Shown piece by piece: positions 28,441-38,967 of a DNA stretch of 64,000 nt. Location: positions 30,589-94,588 of the IMG/VR virus record IMGVR_UViG_3300028025_002046. One strand, 5' to 3'. The number at the start of each line of letters is the position of its first letter. Positions within the stretch are counted from its first letter, which is position 1. The position numbers and the translations under genes are program-made. The notes under the pieces are model-generated. The model was given only the letters and a program-made list of their open reading frames with translations, made no database searches and was not told the DNA's origin. The stretch is from a virus.

Positions 28441-29335
28441 TTATTCAGCGTTTGCAATATCTCTAAATCGCTTTGGTGGATGTGCGTAGATATCTACCTG
28501 CTCAAATGGTGTCAGATAGGTAGTTGCATATTCTCCAGCAACTTCGTTGTAGAAGACTTTCTTCTGTGCTCTAGCCATGGCTACAACCTCTAGGTCTATT
28601 TCCAGGGCTTGCTTCTCAGCCAACTTTAGAACATATTCTACTGCTAGATCTTCATCTAACTCAGTAGTCACATCCCAGATAGCCCCAATTGTCTTTCGGT
28701 CTTTGTCTTGAAACATAACGGAATATTCGACTGCGTATCTAATGTTCATAGGTTCTTCCTTATTCTTCTCTTGGCTAATCTAAGCTTCTTTAGGGTAGCC
28801 TTATCTTTGGTTTTCTTTTCAACATCCTCTATGATGGTCATCACACGGATATACTCTTCCAGGATACCTCGCTGATGTTGGTATTCGTCATCACTTAGCC
28901 AAGTATCTCTAAGTGTTTTAAGCAAGGTTTGATCCACGATTATAACCTGCTAAATATCCTGCCTTGTATGCTAGGATCTCGTCTTTGGTTGTGTCATGGT
29001 CTAGAGTTAGAATCCACTCCAGCATATCTTTAACAGCCTTCTTTTTAAGTCTGTCAAGACTGCGTTTGACTTCTTTATTATTCTTCATTAGTTGCTTCTC
29101 TCATCCATGTATCCATAAACTTAGCAATCTGCTTAGTTCCTAGGGTTAAAGCTTCTTGTTTCTTTTCTGCTGATAGTTCAGACAGGAATAGATCTAGAGC
29201 AAGATGTGCTTGCTGTGCCATATCTTCTCGTGCCATCATAATAGGCATTACTTTGCTTGCTGGTAGTTCATTGAACCTGGTCAATACCGCCGAGAATTCC
29301 TCAGTCTTAATCTCTACTAGAGTTGGAATATGCAT
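28441..29335 (-). CDS. Small hypothetical ORFs (28441-28749, 28746-28937, 29078-29335)
   Basis: ORF track. Confidence 0.55.
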
Positions 29336-29409
29336 TGCTGCTCCTTATCGTTATATGTCTATTATACAGGATTAGCCTGTGTTTGTCAATGGTGTGCTAC
29401 AATATTCCT

Positions 29410-29520
29410 ATGGCTAAGAAAACTGCATCTACTCGCAACTCTGAGCGTCAGAATGGTAAGGCTTTTAAGAAACACCCTAAAAAGTTTGATCCAATTAGGA
29501 GACGCTTAGTAGCTGCCTAA
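29410..29520 (+). CDS. 36-aa highly basic leaderless peptide
   Basis: MAKKTASTRNSERQNGKAFKKHPKKFDPIRRRLVAA; TACAAT 7 nt upstream. Confidence 0.5.
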   Translation: MAKKTASTRNSERQNGKAFKKHPKKFDPIRRRLVAA

Positions 29521-29651
29521 TCCTCATCGGAACCTATTGCTGCCACTACTATTAGTCCAGCAATTATAAATAATGCCGTAAATATTGTCTCAATCATTAT
29601 CTAATTATACCAATCTATCGGTCTTTTGTCAATAGGCATTATAATATTTAT

Positions 29652-29864
29652 ATGGAGAACATTGAAGAAATTGAGTCTAAGGTTGACGAACTCTTTCAGA
29701 AGTCTGAAGATCTTAACTCTGAAATCTATACCCTCGGAGCCATGGCTGAACGCATTGCTTTCTTTGAACACCTAAGAGAACTCATCCACGAGAAGGAATC
29801 TGAGAATGATGAAACTGCAGCGATGGTTCTAGGCTGGGCTTACGAACGTCTAGCAGAAGACTAG
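29652..29864 (+). CDS. Acidic hypothetical protein
   Basis: ORF track; TATAAT just upstream. Confidence 0.6.
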   Translation: MENIEEIESKVDELFQKSEDLNSEIYTLGAMAERIAFFEHLRELIHEKESENDETAAMVLGWAYERLAED

Positions 29865-31294
29865 AAGGGTAGCTTAGTGCTTTGCACTAGGTTCATTATT
29901 CTGGTTGGCTCAGAGGTTCTGTTGTAGTATGTGGCAAGTTTCCTGTTATTTTCATAATTGATATCTCCCCTTTTAGCCTGATGTTCGTGATAGAACGCAA
30001 AGACTAAGCCTTCGTGCCTAACATAACTAGTTTTGTTAATGACTTCGTGGACTCTACGCATTGCGGTATCTTCAAATCCCCACCCCTTAAATTTCTCATC
30101 ATTGCCACCGATCTTCCACCATGCGGTAGGCGTAAAGACATTCACACCAGAACACGCTCCTGGAATTAGTTCGTAGCTAACGTTCTTAAAGCTAACGCCC
30201 TTCTCAACCTGCTCAATGCTTTGCTCTGTAAAGGCACGATATTCAGTGTATGGATTGTGCATCAGGTCATCAAGGAAGGCAGCAGAGATAGACTCTTGTA
30301 GTGGCTCTATCTGTGGGATAGTGTCTGCATCATTAATGATTACAACGTCACATCCGTCAGCCTCTGCCATCCTTACCCCATCATTACGAGAGCCAGACAT
30401 GCTCCAGACCTCTCCAGCCCTGTCTGCTGTGTAAATCTTTGCATCTGGCAGGTTTTCTTTATACCATGATACAACCTTGTTAAAGCCAGCTACACGGCTT
30501 GGCTGTTCTCTCCAAGGTATTACGACACCAACCTTTATGTCACCGCATGGGTTGGGTAGGTGCTGTGGAAGACTATTTAGAAGAGCATTGTCCCTAATGC
30601 CAATGTGAGTAATGTATCCGTCATAGATATTCTTTGACCACCACCCAGCAACATTCTTATTAGACTTATTATAGATATACTTTCCAAACTCATTTTCGTG
30701 ATCGTTTGGATTAAAGTTTAAATAGTTTTCGTTAGTGTATTCTTTCTTAAATACTGCTGGGTTATGTGACCAGAAGTAGAATTCACCACGCCATTCATAC
30801 CAGGAATCGTTACCAAGACTATTGATCTTATAGGTTGTATTTGGTAGTCCAATGTGATACCCCAGCAAGCTACCAGCCTTTAGGTCTAGGTCGTGGCTAT
30901 CCCACTGCCAAATGGTTCTTGGAATACGCATCTGAACAATGTTCGGGCTCTTGTCTAGAACATCCATAATTGGATCAATGTTTAGTGGTCTAAATAACAT
31001 CCAGTCTTCTTCAATAGACAGAACGTGGTCCACGTCAAGTGTCTGGATGTGGTCGAATATCTTTTGAACTGCGGCTGGCTGACCCATTGGCTTATCGCCA
31101 ACTGCAACTATCTCAAACCTATTTCCAAAAGCATACTTAAGCCATCTGCGATATTTATCATTACCAGAATCATCAAAGATAATCTGATACTTTGGCTTGC
31201 TTTCTAGGTTAGCCTCCCAAGATGCAATGGTTCGTTCTAAGTATCCTTTACGACCATTACCTAAAATTACGAAACAAAATTCTTTGTCTGACAT
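29861..31294 (-). CDS. Two-domain glycosyltransferase (GT-A plus GT2/GT7-like)
   Basis: IFDDSG; SIEEDW; VVIPWR; NDADT; GGNDEKFKGWGFED. Confidence 0.8.
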   Translation of the reverse strand: MSDKEFCFVILGNGRKGYLERTIASWEANLESKPKYQIIFDDSGNDKYRRWLKYAFGNRFEIVAVGDKPMGQPAAVQKIFDHIQTLDVDHVLSIEEDWMLFRPLNIDPIMDVLDKSPNIVQMRIPRTIWQWDSHDLDLKAGSLLGYHIGLPNTTYKINSLGNDSWYEWRGEFYFWSHNPAVFKKEYTNENYLNFNPNDHENEFGKYIYNKSNKNVAGWWSKNIYDGYITHIGIRDNALLNSLPQHLPNPCGDIKVGVVIPWREQPSRVAGFNKVVSWYKENLPDAKIYTADRAGEVWSMSGSRNDGVRMAEADGCDVVIINDADTIPQIEPLQESISAAFLDDLMHNPYTEYRAFTEQSIEQVEKGVSFKNVSYELIPGACSGVNVFTPTAWWKIGGNDEKFKGWGFEDTAMRRVHEVINKTSYVRHEGLVFAFYHEHQAKRGDINYENNRKLATYYNRTSEPTRIMNLVQSTKLPF

Positions 31295-31325
31295 TTATAT
31301 CCTATCTATCTATAATATTATAACA

Positions 31326-31401
31326 TGGTCCCCCCAGCAGGAATCGAACCTGCGACCAAGAGATTAGAAGGCTCTTGCTCTATCCACTGAGCTATGGAGG
31401 G
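31326..31401 (-). tRNA. tRNA-Arg(UCU)
   Basis: Cloverleaf; anticodon loop CTTCTAA; GTTCGA T-loop; encoded CCA. Confidence 0.9.
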
Positions 31402-31408
31402 TATTTGA

Positions 31409-31951
31409 CTAATGACTAGCTAAATAATTAACAGTAGCCTGTAGGTCATCTAGGCTTCCCTTGTTAAGAATGATCTGGTCGAAGAAGAATCCGTCTAGGG
31501 CTGTCTCAGAAGAGTGCCTATTGATTGGTGTTCCTCCTGGCTTCTCTACTCTCCACATGTCACCGCCAGTATCCTTGATTGCCTGATACTCATTAGGGTA
31601 TCTAACATCTGTTATTACTACCTTGTCATGCTTTGCAGCAGTTGCCATAGCCTTGTCTACCCAGAAGTTTTCTCCCCATAGGTTACGACCAACCTCAGTT
31701 CCAAAACGCTGTAGTAGTCCACGAGTCTCTGGAGAGTCAACCTTTACGAACTCCCACCCCATCTTGTCCACAAGCCACTGAAGCCTAACGCCCTGTAGCT
31801 CTGGAATATCGTTAATTTTTGGGTTGAGAGCATACAGTGCTTCACGAATTGGGTCAGCAAATGCCACCCTAGTAAAGCCATGATGCTCAACAAGATAATT
31901 AGCGATAGTATCTTTGCCACTCTGGGCATACCCACTTAGTCCAATAATCAT
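31409..31951 (-). CDS. Deoxynucleoside monophosphate kinase
   Basis: IGLSGYAQSGKDT; FADPIR; LLQRFGTE; ITDVRYPNE; HSSE. Confidence 0.9.
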   Translation of the reverse strand: MIIGLSGYAQSGKDTIANYLVEHHGFTRVAFADPIREALYALNPKINDIPELQGVRLQWLVDKMGWEFVKVDSPETRGLLQRFGTEVGRNLWGENFWVDKAMATAAKHDKVVITDVRYPNEYQAIKDTGGDMWRVEKPGGTPINRHSSETALDGFFFDQIILNKGSLDDLQATVNYLASH

Positions 31952-32472
31952 TCTTCTTCTTTCTTAAATGTAGCCCAGAATACCCCAACCACATCATAGG
32001 AGTAATACTTTTCAATATGGCTAAAGGTTTTAATAACCTCTAGTGTGCTCCAGTCATCTTTAACATGCTCTTCGTATGGATTACCGTGCTCATGTCCTTG
32101 TGGGTAGTGAATGATTGGAATAGATATCAATGCATGTTTGGCTTGCTTAGATACCTTCTCCCACAGAGCTAGGGCATCCTCCTTTGACATATGTTCTAGA
32201 ACATCTCCAAAGATAACCAAGTCATAGTCCCAGTCTTCCCATTCCCTAGCATCAATCTTAAATAGATTGTCATACTTGTTTGTAAGATCGAACTCCTCAA
32301 CGTATGGTTCCCATGCTTCAATGCCGTCGAACTTATCCATCTGGATATTCTTTTCTTTCAGGATTACCGAGTAGGTTCCTGCTCCGACACCAACATCTAG
32401 AATAGTCTTAATGTTGTGGTCTACAATCCATTTTGCAGATAGGTCTTTACCCTCGTATGAACTTCCTGGCAT
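31948..32472 (-). CDS. Class I SAM-dependent methyltransferase
   Basis: ILDVGVGAG; GDVLEH. Confidence 0.85.
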   Translation of the reverse strand: MPGSSYEGKDLSAKWIVDHNIKTILDVGVGAGTYSVILKEKNIQMDKFDGIEAWEPYVEEFDLTNKYDNLFKIDAREWEDWDYDLVIFGDVLEHMSKEDALALWEKVSKQAKHALISIPIIHYPQGHEHGNPYEEHVKDDWSTLEVIKTFSHIEKYYSYDVVGVFWATFKKEEE

Positions 32473-33161
32473 TAGTTATGCAAAGCCTTAAAGGTCTCTG
32501 GAAAAGCCCCATGTGATAAGTCTTTTACAGCCATAGCGTAGTCCTGTATCTCTTTCTGGGCATCGTGCTCTAGTCTCTGGTCAAGGAATGTCATAACGCC
32601 CTGTAGCGATACCGTCCAACGCCAACGAACATACATACCATATGCAGGTAGGAATAGGCGAGCAATCTCTGGTGCTACGTTATCGTCCATAGCCTCATGG
32701 TATAGGTCAGTAGTTAACTTAACAATCTCTTTTAGCTTGTTTGTGTAATGACTACCAAGACTAAAATGGATAGGCTCTCCACTACCCTGCTTGCTGTTCT
32801 CTGGCTTACTACGCCAGTTAGAAGCACTAGGAATATAGAACTCTTCGTCCTCGGTAATGTAACGGCGTGAACTTTCGTTCCAGCCATTCTGGTCGTCTAC
32901 GTGTGTAGAGCCTACCGCATACTTCCACCACTGCCTTGCGACAAATAGTGGGGCATATACCTCAAAGGTGAGTGCTGCATGGCGGAAAGGACTAGTATGT
33001 CCTTCACGGATAAGGAAGTTAAGAAGTTTTCCATCTTTAGGTCCAAACTCTTCTACTTCTTTATCGTAAGATACACGAGCAGCGTTAACAATTGATAGAT
33101 CGCTACCAAGCGTATCCACAAGTCTGACATAGCCTTTATCAAGAACATCGACCTTATTCAT
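32472..33161 (-). CDS. thyX: Flavin-dependent thymidylate synthase
   Basis: IVNAARVSY; GHTSPF; ARQW; NESSRRY; AQKEI. Confidence 0.9.
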   Translation of the reverse strand: MNKVDVLDKGYVRLVDTLGSDLSIVNAARVSYDKEVEEFGPKDGKLLNFLIREGHTSPFRHAALTFEVYAPLFVARQWWKYAVGSTHVDDQNGWNESSRRYITEDEEFYIPSASNWRSKPENSKQGSGEPIHFSLGSHYTNKLKEIVKLTTDLYHEAMDDNVAPEIARLFLPAYGMYVRWRWTVSLQGVMTFLDQRLEHDAQKEIQDYAMAVKDLSHGAFPETFKALHN

Positions 33162-33453
33162 CGGTATCTTCAATGACTGCAATTAGATCCTTGGTAAAGA
33201 TAATGTCGTAGTCCTTACCCTCGTGCTCTACCTTTTGAGTAGCGTATGGATTAAAAGCAACCTTGTCGCCTACCTTAACATCCATCTCTGCACGTTCACC
33301 GCTTGGAAGGACACGTCCTAGACCTACGGCTACGACGACACCAATGTTGTTAGCGGATTCTTGAATAGCAGACAGGACTAATCCCGATGCTGATTTCTTT
33401 TCTTCTTCTTTTTCTTGCAGGATGATTACCCTGTCTTCTAGTGGCTTTAGCAT
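33154..33453 (-). CDS. groES: Co-chaperonin GroES
   Basis: LKPLEDRVII; SASGLVL; VVAVGLGR; VKVGDKV. Confidence 0.9.
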   Translation of the reverse strand: MLKPLEDRVIILQEKEEEKKSASGLVLSAIQESANNIGVVVAVGLGRVLPSGERAEMDVKVGDKVAFNPYATQKVEHEGKDYDIIFTKDLIAVIEDTDE

Positions 33454-33456
33454 GTA

Positions 33457-34062
33457 TTACTCCTTGTCAAATGCTAGGCGAGTGATTTCTTCTGATGCCA
33501 GCAGAACAGCAATAGGTGCTGCTGCTGTGATACCCACACCAATCCAGGAACGGAAGTCAGTTAGCTGACCATTCCAGAATGATAGGGTGTGTGCTACGTT
33601 AGCGATAACAGACACTAAGGCAAAGCCTGTTAGTCCTGCTAGTGTTCGCCAAGTGCTTTCTCCACGAGCCTTAAAGACTACAAGTGAAATTGTATAGGCA
33701 AGGATTGCAGCATCGATAAACAAAGCTGGCAACCATTGCAAGATTACTGGAAGACCAGTCCAAGCAGATACCTCATAGATACCAGTAAAGGACACTGTAA
33801 ACGATGAAATCATCAGGATTGATACTAGGGCTACTGCTGTGTAAAGAACTGGCAAGGCATCTGGATTGATACGCTTTGACTTTTTCTTTAGAACAAATGG
33901 CTGGTCGATAGCATCTGTAATTTCCTTAAGATCTTTCTCGGATACAGAGTTATCACCAGTAAGAGTTCTAATAGGCTCATACGGCTCTTTAATTGTTTCT
34001 GCGAATTCTACAGGCTTGTTGAAGTTGCCACCTGCGATATCCCATTCGGTTTTATTTTCCAT
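33457..34062 (-). CDS. Four-TM membrane protein (DUF2637-like)
   Basis: SF...Y; LP.FID; SVIANVAH; AAPIAVLLASE. Confidence 0.65.
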   Translation of the reverse strand: MENKTEWDIAGGNFNKPVEFAETIKEPYEPIRTLTGDNSVSEKDLKEITDAIDQPFVLKKKSKRINPDALPVLYTAVALVSILMISSFTVSFTGIYEVSAWTGLPVILQWLPALFIDAAILAYTISLVVFKARGESTWRTLAGLTGFALVSVIANVAHTLSFWNGQLTDFRSWIGVGITAAAPIAVLLASEEITRLAFDKE

Positions 34063-34295
34063 ACTATTATTATACCCTAATACTCAGTCTTGTCGTGCTT
34101 AATTCCGTGCTTGTCATCGATGTATTTGTGGATCTTACGAAGTGCTCGTGCCTTTGAAATGCCAAAGCCAACTGCTACAAATACTGCGTTCCAAAAAAAT
34201 TCTGCAATAACGTGGTCTAATCCGAACATTACTTCAAGTAGTTCATCTGTGTGCATGTCTCTCCTTATGCTGTTTATACAATTATAGCCGATAGG

Positions 34296-34997
34296 CTACT
34301 GTTTGTCAAGTTCATATTTTGATGGGTTTGGAAATAGTTCGTGTAGGTAAGACTGTAGTATCTTAAATGAACTATCGTCTGTAGATAGGAATGCTGACTC
34401 ATTGTTTAGATAGTCAAAGGATCTATAGGCGTGGGCATTATGCGAATAAACCTTTACGTCTGCGATAGGGATACCCCCGACAGAGTACTTATTTCCATAA
34501 AAAGATCTCCACATGGGATACCTTTTTCCAAGCAGCGTCGCCAGCTTAGACTTCTCCATCACCATTGGAACATGTAGCTCATAGCTAAGTGGGTCTTTAA
34601 TATTAAACTCACTAATGATTATCTTTAGCATTCTAGACAGCCTGTTGGCGTATAGGTCTGGCTGTCCCAGGTAAGCAACCAGGTCTGCGTATGCAGATGC
34701 TAGAGAACCTCTATGAAAATACTCTATGCTTGATATTGGTTTAACAATAAAAAAATCATCATTCATTAGCACAAAGGTTTCGGATATCTGGTCGTTGTCC
34801 ACAAGTCTCTGCAGGTTTTCTTCTACCTGAGCATATTTGTTAGTAACTCTATTTGTCTTAACAAAGTTACCAGAATACCAATCTGGCTTACCGCCAACTA
34901 CCCATATGTTTGCGTCAGGAAAGCTTGCCAATACTGATCTAATTGAATAGCGAAGTTCTTCGTTGTCACCTCTGCGGCATACCCACACAAAGTCCAT
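34296..34997 (-). CDS. Stealth-like (sugar-phosphotransferase-related) protein
   Basis: DFVWV; EELRYSIRS; KPDW; FVLMNDDFF. Confidence 0.65.
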   Translation of the reverse strand: MDFVWVCRRGDNEELRYSIRSVLASFPDANIWVVGGKPDWYSGNFVKTNRVTNKYAQVEENLQRLVDNDQISETFVLMNDDFFIVKPISSIEYFHRGSLASAYADLVAYLGQPDLYANRLSRMLKIIISEFNIKDPLSYELHVPMVMEKSKLATLLGKRYPMWRSFYGNKYSVGGIPIADVKVYSHNAHAYRSFDYLNNESAFLSTDDSSFKILQSYLHELFPNPSKYELDKQ

Positions 34998-35004
34998 GAC
35001 AGAT

Positions 35005-36096
35005 CTACTTCCAGGTGTCTGGTAGTTCGTCAGTAGCCCCAAGAGCACGAGCACGAGCCTTGATATGAGCCTTAGCCTTATCTGGATTCTTAGCCTGTCC
35101 GTATAGTCTAATGGCATTTTTTAGGTCTGCTACCGTTGCAATTGGGAAAGAGCCATCTGGCATTGCTACACCGCTACTTGCCATGCGTTCACGAGCTGCT
35201 GTGTTGTAGTCTCTCTTTCCAAAGGCAGAGCCATCCCAGACTTTGTTCATACAAACCTTACACATTGGATCGTTGCAATCTGCAGATTCTGCGGTACATT
35301 CCATATAGTCTGCCTTGGTTCCCATACTAGTTCCAGATGTGGTTGCAATAGCACCATCTGAGTTTAATGCATCTGGTGAGCGACCTCTACGAGTCTTCTT
35401 TGGGTTTTTTCCATATTTGCTCTTGATGTTGCTACCAGTGGTCCCACCCTTTGTAGTTTGCTCTGGACGCTTGATTCCAGTGCCAGTAGAGTTTGCAGCC
35501 TGAGCAGTCTGAGTAGGGTTGATGCCAGCATCAGCCTTGTCAAGAGCAATCTCAGTAACTCTTTCGTGAGAGGAATAGTCTGTTCCGAAACCAGCAAATA
35601 GAGCCTTGTCTTTCATGCGATTTACAATGCCACGACTCCAAGAGAATCCTGCATCTCCACCCCAGGCAAGCCACATGATATAGCCGTTAGATGGGTTAGA
35701 CTGACTGCCCCAGTCCTTGCCTTTCTTGTCTACCTCATGTCTAGAAAAATAAGAGTACATACGCTTAACTGTGCTTAGAGATAGAGACTCTCCTCTTGCA
35801 AGCTGACCTGCACGAGTCCAGCCTACAGAAGTTCCAGCACCATTAGCCTTGCCAGCCTCTTTAAACCTAATAGCCTTTTTAGCGGCAGCTCTTACACCTG
35901 CTGGTGGAGAGTATGTATCTGCCTTAGCAACGAGAGAATCCTCATAGACAACATCATCAGAGTCTTCCCATAGGTCGTCCATCTTGGAAACTGGAACACA
36001 GTTAGGAACCATCTTTCCATTATCCCCTGGTTTCATGCCACGCTGTGCGTAGCCATCCCAGCAAGGTCCTTGTGCCTTAATTAAATCATTATTCAT
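35005..36096 (-). CDS. Multi-module phage protein, possibly head-associated
   Basis: N-terminal CWDGY..GMK..MVPNCVP; central GTSVG..RA.QLA...MYSYFSRH...WGGDAG; C-terminal PDGSFPI...LKNAI. Confidence 0.6.
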   Translation of the reverse strand: MNNDLIKAQGPCWDGYAQRGMKPGDNGKMVPNCVPVSKMDDLWEDSDDVVYEDSLVAKADTYSPPAGVRAAAKKAIRFKEAGKANGAGTSVGWTRAGQLARGESLSLSTVKRMYSYFSRHEVDKKGKDWGSQSNPSNGYIMWLAWGGDAGFSWSRGIVNRMKDKALFAGFGTDYSSHERVTEIALDKADAGINPTQTAQAANSTGTGIKRPEQTTKGGTTGSNIKSKYGKNPKKTRRGRSPDALNSDGAIATTSGTSMGTKADYMECTAESADCNDPMCKVCMNKVWDGSAFGKRDYNTAARERMASSGVAMPDGSFPIATVADLKNAIRLYGQAKNPDKAKAHIKARARALGATDELPDTWK

Positions 36097-36545
36097 TAGT
36101 CCATCTCCTCAGTTTCAATGCTTGCACGAATCTGCCAGCAGAACTTCTGAGAAGCCGTCTGGCGGTCTGCAAAGAAGTTTGCTAGACCAAATTCATTCAT
36201 AGCATTTGCAAGATTTCCAGCCTCAATAAGCTTGGCAATGTGAATTTCAATTTCATTGTAAAGATCAACAAGCATTGGCTGTGGATCTCCTACGATAACT
36301 GGTTCCCCTACTGTTGACTGATCGAAAAAGTCTGTTAGTCTATATGGGGCGTAAGCCTTGAGCATACGAAGCCATTCTGCATAGGTGTCTGTGGCAGCAT
36401 CGAAGTTCTCGTAGATTTCTCCGAAGAATTCGTGGAACTGTGGGAAGTCGTCTCCCTCAACATTCCAGTGGTATCCGTGGGATTTTAGTTTTAATGCTAC
36501 GTTATCTGCTAGTAGTGTTCGTAGCTGTGCGAGTAATTGTTCCAT
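36096..36545 (-). CDS. dps: Dps / ferritin-like DNA protection protein
   Basis: LLAD......KSHGYHWNVEG..F...HEFF...YE; D..AE. Confidence 0.85.
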   Translation of the reverse strand: MEQLLAQLRTLLADNVALKLKSHGYHWNVEGDDFPQFHEFFGEIYENFDAATDTYAEWLRMLKAYAPYRLTDFFDQSTVGEPVIVGDPQPMLVDLYNEIEIHIAKLIEAGNLANAMNEFGLANFFADRQTASQKFCWQIRASIETEEMD

Positions 36546-36574
36546 ATCTCTATTCTATCATATAAAAGTTAAAA

Positions 36575-36602
36575 TGGACAGTTTATCATCATGTCCAGGA
36601 TG
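36575..36602 (-). ncRNA. H-type pseudoknot motif copy
   Basis: Minus strand: catc-c-tggaca-t-gatg-ataaac-tgtcca. Confidence 0.6.
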
Positions 36603-36654
36603 TTTTCCCAAGGTAGCGTCCTAGCGGAAAATCTACGTACTTGGTACTATTATA

Positions 36655-36813
36655 CTACTTCTTTGGAGTAGTCTTCTTTGCAGTGGCAACCGATGGTGCC
36701 TTTGCTGCTGGCTTGGTAGCTGGCTTTGCAGGTGCTTTCTTAGCTACTGGCTTTGGTGCTTCTACTACTGGTTCTGGCTTCTTCTTGAATAGTGCCTTGA
36801 TTGCGTTTAGCAT
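36655..36813 (-). CDS. 52-aa Lys/Ala/Pro-rich histone-H1-like peptide
   Basis: MLNAIKALFKKKPEPVVEAPKPVAKKAPAKPATKPAAKAPSVATAKKTTPKK; AAGGAG RBS. Confidence 0.65.
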   Translation of the reverse strand: MLNAIKALFKKKPEPVVEAPKPVAKKAPAKPATKPAAKAPSVATAKKTTPKK

Positions 36814-36814
36814 T

Positions 36815-37431
36815 TTATTTCTCCTTGTTATTTTCTGGAAGGAAGGTAAATAGTTTTTCTATTGACTCTTCCATTTGGTTTCCATTGTCCCAATCGGTTT
36901 TGACTGCAACAATTGTGGTTTGAACATCTTCAATATACTTGAATGCCCAATCCCTTGACTCCGAAATGAATTTAATAAATCCTTCGGTGTTCTCTAGCTT
37001 GTTAGACTCTATTTCTAGAAGTGCTTCTGCAAGCTTAGACTTTGTGTAGTTTGCATCTACGCTTTGCTGTACGATTGTTGAAGCAAGACTATTTATCTTA
37101 ATCTTAAACTTAACAGCGTAAAACAGGCTTAGTGCAAGAGCAACAATAATAGCAATAAACGATACAAGTTCAATTACTGAATCGATCACTTCACTGCCTT
37201 TCTTGTTAACTGTACGAGGGCTCCATGGTCCTCTAGAGCTTTCTTCACACGAATCATATACTCTACCGCAGGTCTTTTGTCTGCATCTGGTAGAGCGAAG
37301 AACTGGTATTCATCTGTTATGATTTCAAGGAATGACATTCCCTCAATCACATGCTCAACAATGTTGACACTAAAGTTTGCAGGTGGTGTGATAGAGTGAA
37401 ACGCTCTACGCATTGCATCTGTATAATACAT
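36815..37431 (-). CDS. Two hypothetical proteins (36815-37189 TM-anchored; 37186-37431)
   Basis: ORF track; overlapping start/stop. Confidence 0.65.
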
Positions 37432-37730
37432 TAGATCTCCTTATCCGTTGTAAGATATTCCCAGGTATTAGCCCAAGATTGTTTGTCTTTGTGTGAGTTA
37501 TACTCTCTAGAGACTTTGCCCTTTTCAAGATATACCCCACCCCAAATGCCATATTCTTTTCCAGATACTCCGACAGCGAAACATAGTCTAGCGATTGGAC
37601 AGTCTGCACAGAGTCCGTCAACCGATGGTCTAATTGTTTCATCTTCTTCATACCTATCAAAGAATACTTCTGGGTCAAAGCCTAGACAAGCTGCCTCTTT
37701 GAACCAATCATCATTAGATTCATTTGACAT
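37431..37730 (-). CDS. whiB: WhiB family Fe-S transcription factor
   Basis: W...AAC...DPEVFF; C..CP....C; GIWGG. Confidence 0.9.
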   Translation of the reverse strand: MSNESNDDWFKEAACLGFDPEVFFDRYEEDETIRPSVDGLCADCPIARLCFAVGVSGKEYGIWGGVYLEKGKVSREYNSHKDKQSWANTWEYLTTDKEI

Positions 37731-38729
37731 ACTTCTTCACTAACTTAGCTGGAATATCCCAGCCGTGACTAGAAACGTCAAAACGATTGACGACGTGCCA
37801 CTCGTGTTTGATGAATGCTGCATTTGGCTTCATCCAAGCTACTGGTGACTTCTTTGCTTCTAGGACAGTCCAACCATCCCAGGATAGAGAATCGTTAGTT
37901 TTTACGATTGCTTCCATCTCTTCTAGTGATTTAATTAACATCATCACTCCTTGTTTCTTACCTGTTGAATACCTTGCTTTTGCAAAATATTAATAGCGGT
38001 ATACCCCAACTGGGATATCCTTAGAATCAGCAAGGTCCACAAGATCCGTGTATGGCTCTTTGGGCTTGCTGAAATATAGAAAGTGGTCTAGGTCCTGGAT
38101 ACGATCTTTAATAAAAGATGGTGGAACCTTAACTAACTTAGCTTTGATTCCTCTTGCTTTCCAGTTAGACACATTTAGAAATTCCATAGCGAACTCATTA
38201 ATTGATAATGGTCCTGCTGAGAAAATCGTAAACTCTTTGTCTCCGTCTGGTAGGCTAGACAGGGCTGTTCCCATGCCACGCAAGAATACTGCGTAGTCAC
38301 TGAAACTCTTTGTTCCTTGAATTCCTACTATCATTTTGTCTTTCCTTCGTTTAGCTTATCTACGATAAACTCAATCTCTTTTAATTGTACATCATCCATG
38401 TGCGTTGTGTCAATAGCAATTTTGGAATCTTCGTCAATGCCATTTTCCGTCATGTTCGCTGAGTAAACTGCATTCTGTGAAATCCAATAAGCTTTGCCAT
38501 GCAAAACTAGGAACCTCATCATGTGTGCTGCTTGGTCTTTGAATGACTGTGTGTCTGGCTTCTTAATTGGAACTGGCATGTATGGCAGAACTGGTTTGAT
38601 TATCTCAAACAGATGGCTCTGACGATAAGTTACCTTTTTGATCTTTAGCTTGGGAATATCTTTTTGCAGAGTTTTGGATGCAACTAGCCAAGCGGCTATT
38701 GCAACAAAAGCACCTACAAAATATTCCAT
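37720..38729 (-). CDS. Three hypothetical proteins (37720-37947, 37990-38334, 38331-38729)
   Basis: ORF track. Confidence 0.6.
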
Positions 38730-38730
38730 G

Positions 38731-38907
38731 CTACTTATCCGTTCTGTAGAATCCACTACCCTTAAAGGTAACACCCGACAATGAGAATACCCGAATCATA
38801 GGGCTCTTGCAAGTTTCGCATAGATACCCTGGGTCATCATCTGTCATATTTCTTACAACAGAAAATCCAGAATTACATTCATTACACTTGTAATTGTATG
38901 TTGGCAT
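38731..38907 (-). CDS. FmdB-family zinc-ribbon protein
   Basis: MPTYNYKCNEC...CETC...FKGSGFYRTD (manual translation, 58 aa). Confidence 0.8.
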   Translation of the reverse strand: MPTYNYKCNECNSGFSVVRNMTDDDPGYLCETCKSPMIRVFSLSGVTFKGSGFYRTDK

Positions 38908-38967
38908 ATTGTCTCCTTATAGAAAGATAGGGCTACCGATTGGTAGCCACTATCAATCTCTATTTAA

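Noticed and set aside
34998-35117. N-terminal extension of the Stealth-like ORF given in the track
   Set aside because: Overlaps the upstream gene; the recognisable domain starts at ATG 34997
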